DNA of 52,867 nt from Nemertoderma westbladi (Eukaryota > Animalia > Xenacoelomorpha): positions 1 through 52,867 of the forward strand of contig JAUCBJ010008950.1 of assembly GCA_032718475.1 (NCBI GenBank). The letters run 5' to 3'. Both the position numbers and the translations under genes were made by a program. Below, piece by piece: positions 49,687-52,867 of the stretch (the first letter of the stretch is position 1; the number at the start of each line of letters is the position of its first letter). The notes below the pieces were generated by a model. The model was not told the origin of the DNA. It saw only the letters and a list, made by a program, of their open reading frames with translations, and ran no database searches.

Positions 49687-50920
49687 CCATGGCGGACCTT
49701 ATGTCGTTCTTAAACAGAGAGGTAAGATTACAGCTAATAAAACAGTCTAGAGAGAAGACTCCGGAAACCAAGGTAAGTGAGAAACCTGTTACTAGGAGAA
49801 AGATAAAACCAGTGTATTATACCGATTATGAGAGTCAAACGTCCTATGACGAAGACAGTGGCAAGGACACCGAAAGAACTTATTATACGAGTAAACCCAA
49901 GGTTCGAACTGGTAGCAAGGGAGAACAAATTAGAACTCCTCCTACGTCTCCCAAGAGAATTCCTGGTAGGAAGCCCGAAGAAAGAGCTAGCGTACAGAAC
50001 ACCATGCAAACTAAGGTAAGTAACATCAAACCTAGGTGTGTATTGTGCGAAGGTGCGATCGTTTGAGTGGATGTGAGGAATTCTTAAGAAAAGAATTGAA
50101 AGATAGACTTAGTGTAACTTGGGATAAAAGGTTATGTTACAATTGCCTCAGGAGAGGACATCAAAGGAAGACCTGTTACTCAGACGTGAGGTGTGCTAAG
50201 TGTGGAGCAAAACATCATATCCTACTGCACACCGAGTTCGATAAGGTAAGTGAACCCGAACTGCATGTACAGTTCAGTGATGTGAACAACACTGACCAGA
50301 GTTCGGAATTGGGAGGATTCTATAGGGATGAGTTTTCTGATGAAAATGAATCCTGTTATATGATCAACACAGCCGTATATCGAGCCCTTACTTATGAGGC
50401 AGCGACTGATAGAGAGGAATCCCTACTACCCCTTCCGGATCAACAGCCCTCATGGAAGGTTTTGCAACCATCTGTCGGCATCAGAGAGTTCCCAGTGGTG
50501 CAGCTTAGAGTACATGGACAAGGTAAGAGCCTTATAGTAAACACCCTCCTTGATTCAGGTAGTACAGGCACCTTCATTGATAAAGATCTGGCCGAAGATG
50601 TATTTTCTGGTCAACAAAGATTCCGAACCAAACTGAATCTTTCCGGGATTATGCAGGTATGGAAATCTACTGTATCCACGGATTTCTACATAGGGTCGTT
50701 GTCGACTCCCCAGGACGAATCAGGCAAGGACAGTATAAGGTCAGTTAAAATGGTGGCCATAAAGAAATTTGCTGCTAGTCAAGTAGAGCCATATAACTGG
50801 GACGAGGACAACTTTGCCCAACAATATAACGTCCCCAGATTTAGAACATATTACCCAGGGGTACAAATATTGCTCGGTCAGAACGCGCACAAAGCGCTAG
50901 AAACCATTGAGAACGGCCTT
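49680..50920 (+). pseudogene. gag: BEL/Pao gag zinc knuckles + protease fragment (third family)
   Basis: PTMADLMSFL, CVLC..C, LCYNCLRRGH..C, CAKCGAKHHILLH, LLDSGS, ILLGQN. Confidence 0.88.
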
Positions 50921-51180
50921 CTCGACCGCTACCATTGCAAACTTATGCGGGACGAACTAGAGTAGTTTGGTATTTCACGGGACTATTACAAGTTGTACAT
51001 GCCGGAATCTCGAAACTATTACAGGCTGTACATGCAGGCCCTGCAAACATTTTACGTTAAATACGTTAGACTTTTAGACGTTAACATGTTAGACGCAAAC
51101 ATTTTACGTTACTAACGTTAGACTTTAGTCTGTTTTAGGTTAGAAAAATAAAGTTATGAAAATAACTTAAAACAGACGTT

Positions 51181-51700
51181 TTCTAACGTCTTATAATCGT
51201 TCAAAAACTACATGTCTATAAGCAACTAAACACAAACGTTAAACTGACGTTCAATTTTAACGTAGATTTTTAACGTTATTTTGAAACGTCTGACATAGGT
51301 TAAATATAATCACGTACATAAATCACTAAACCCAAACGTTAAATTGACGTTGAATTTTAACGTCAATATTTAACGTTGTTTTGAAACGTCTGACATAGGT
51401 TAAATATAATCACGTACATAAATCACTAAACCCAAACGTAAAATTGACGTTGAATTTTAACGTCAATATTTAACGTTGTTTTGAAACGTCTGACATAGGT
51501 TAAATATAATCACGTACATAAATCACTAAACCCAAACGTTAAATATACGTTGAATTTTACCGTCAATATTTAACGTTGTTTTGAAACGTCTGACATTGGT
51601 TAAATATAATTATGTACATAAATCACTAAACTCAAATGTTAAACTAACGATTTAACATCGATTTTTAACGTTAATTAAAAACGTCTGACATTGCTTAAAT
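51181..51700. repeat. 100-bp tandem repeat (~5 copies, AACGTT/GACGTT-rich), likely the interior of a non-autonomous DNA element starting near 51038
   Basis: ttgaaacgtctgacat recurs at 51281, 51381, 51481 and 51581; flanking units are degenerate. Confidence 0.92.
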
Positions 51701-52675
51701 AGAATCATTATTGTATAGAAAATTACAAAATCCATATAGATTGACATAATTAAGTCACGTTAATATTTATTACGCCATATCCCCTGGAATATAGTGTCGT
51801 AATTCAGTGTCATGCACCACCCCCCCCCCCCCCCCCCCCCCAAACAAAAATATATTGTATATACGAATATTAATTTGAAAACGTTAGTTCCAACTCCCTC
51901 CTCCTTCCTTCCTGAGCCATCATTTTTATTTTCACTTTCAATCTGTAGCAACAAGCATTTAAAAAGTGTCCTGGCTGGGGGGCCATGTCACTGAATCATG
52001 ACACTATATTCCAGGGCGTAGTCTGTATTATTATCACTAGTATTTATGTCAGGTCATAACAGCATAGTACAGTAGTACCGGTCAGCCGGTATGTGTACTG
52101 CACTTTGTGTGACTGGCTGACTAGTATGTGTACTGCACTGCTGCACTGTGTGACTGCTGTTGCTGTAGCCTATCAGTCTGGCAGTGGACACCAGGACAGA
52201 GTACTGGAGTAGGCCTACATCAGTAGTCAGTACATACAGATAAATGCAGAGATGTAGCACCTGTACGCAGGTACGGCTGTGGGCTGTACTGTAGGCCTAC
52301 ATTGCAATACAGCATTACTAGTACATACATCAGTAGGTACCGGTATATCAGTACACTGGTACATAGGACTAGGATATACCCTAGTCCTAAAAATTAATTT
52401 TCCGTGTGTATTACCTCTTTTCCAATAGCAATTTATTCATTTTGAATGCATTTACAAGGCAGCAAGGGGGGAAATTGTACAACGTACCGGCAGACCGGTA
52501 CCGCATACCGGTAATTTGTTTGACTGCGTCACCGTCAACCTAATTTCAGTTGTTCAGTGGCTGTTCTACTGAACGCTACGCCATAATTAAAAAATTGCGC
52601 TACCATTCTGCCAGTCCAGCCAGCATCCCTATCATTGACGATCAGACGATGCTACGCCTGTACGTGGTACGCTGG

Positions 52676-52867
52676 CTGCCCCGGCATAGCGCAATCCAGC
52701 ACTCATTGGCATTTCTGCGCCAGCCCTTTCCACTTTCTGCCTTTCCTGCTTTCAGTACCTTGCCCGAGCCCATTTCTGCACCAGGGCGTCAGCTCCCGCC
52801 TGCCCCCCCCCCCCCCCTCCGGTGCCTGGCTGCCTGGGCCCGTCTGCCCGGCATAGCGCAATCCAGC
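52676..52867. repeat. GC-rich direct repeat (~168-bp period), running off the window
   Basis: ctgccc(c)ggcatagcgcaatccagc at 52676 and 52844. Confidence 0.6.

Overview
Eukaryotic, probably invertebrate, transposon graveyard with no recognisable host gene. The backbone from 20819 to 47688 is a decayed Maverick/Polinton (adintovirus-like) element. Its gene order is integrase+chromodomain, two tandem minor capsid (penton) genes, a basic core-protein gene, major capsid protein, adenain protease, an accessory ORF, a ZnF/pPolB-N remnant, a PC4-like gene and an AGTAGT terminus. It was hit by two inverted copies of one BEL/Pao LTR family, a full-length RTE-type LINE, a tRNA-derived SINE and two more LINE fragments. 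Several of these insertions have readable target-site duplications, so the interrupted genes can be rebuilt. The end of a second, diverged Maverick occupies 1-2596. Further BEL, Gypsy and LINE fragments and tandem repeats fill the rest. The most unusual item is a ~2.6 kb extra ORF inside the second BEL copy (34566-37165), between pol and the 3' LTR. It looks like a DEDDy/WRN-type 3'-5' exonuclease fold followed by CCHC zinc knuckles, not env. All family assignments come from motif recognition by eye; no searches were run.
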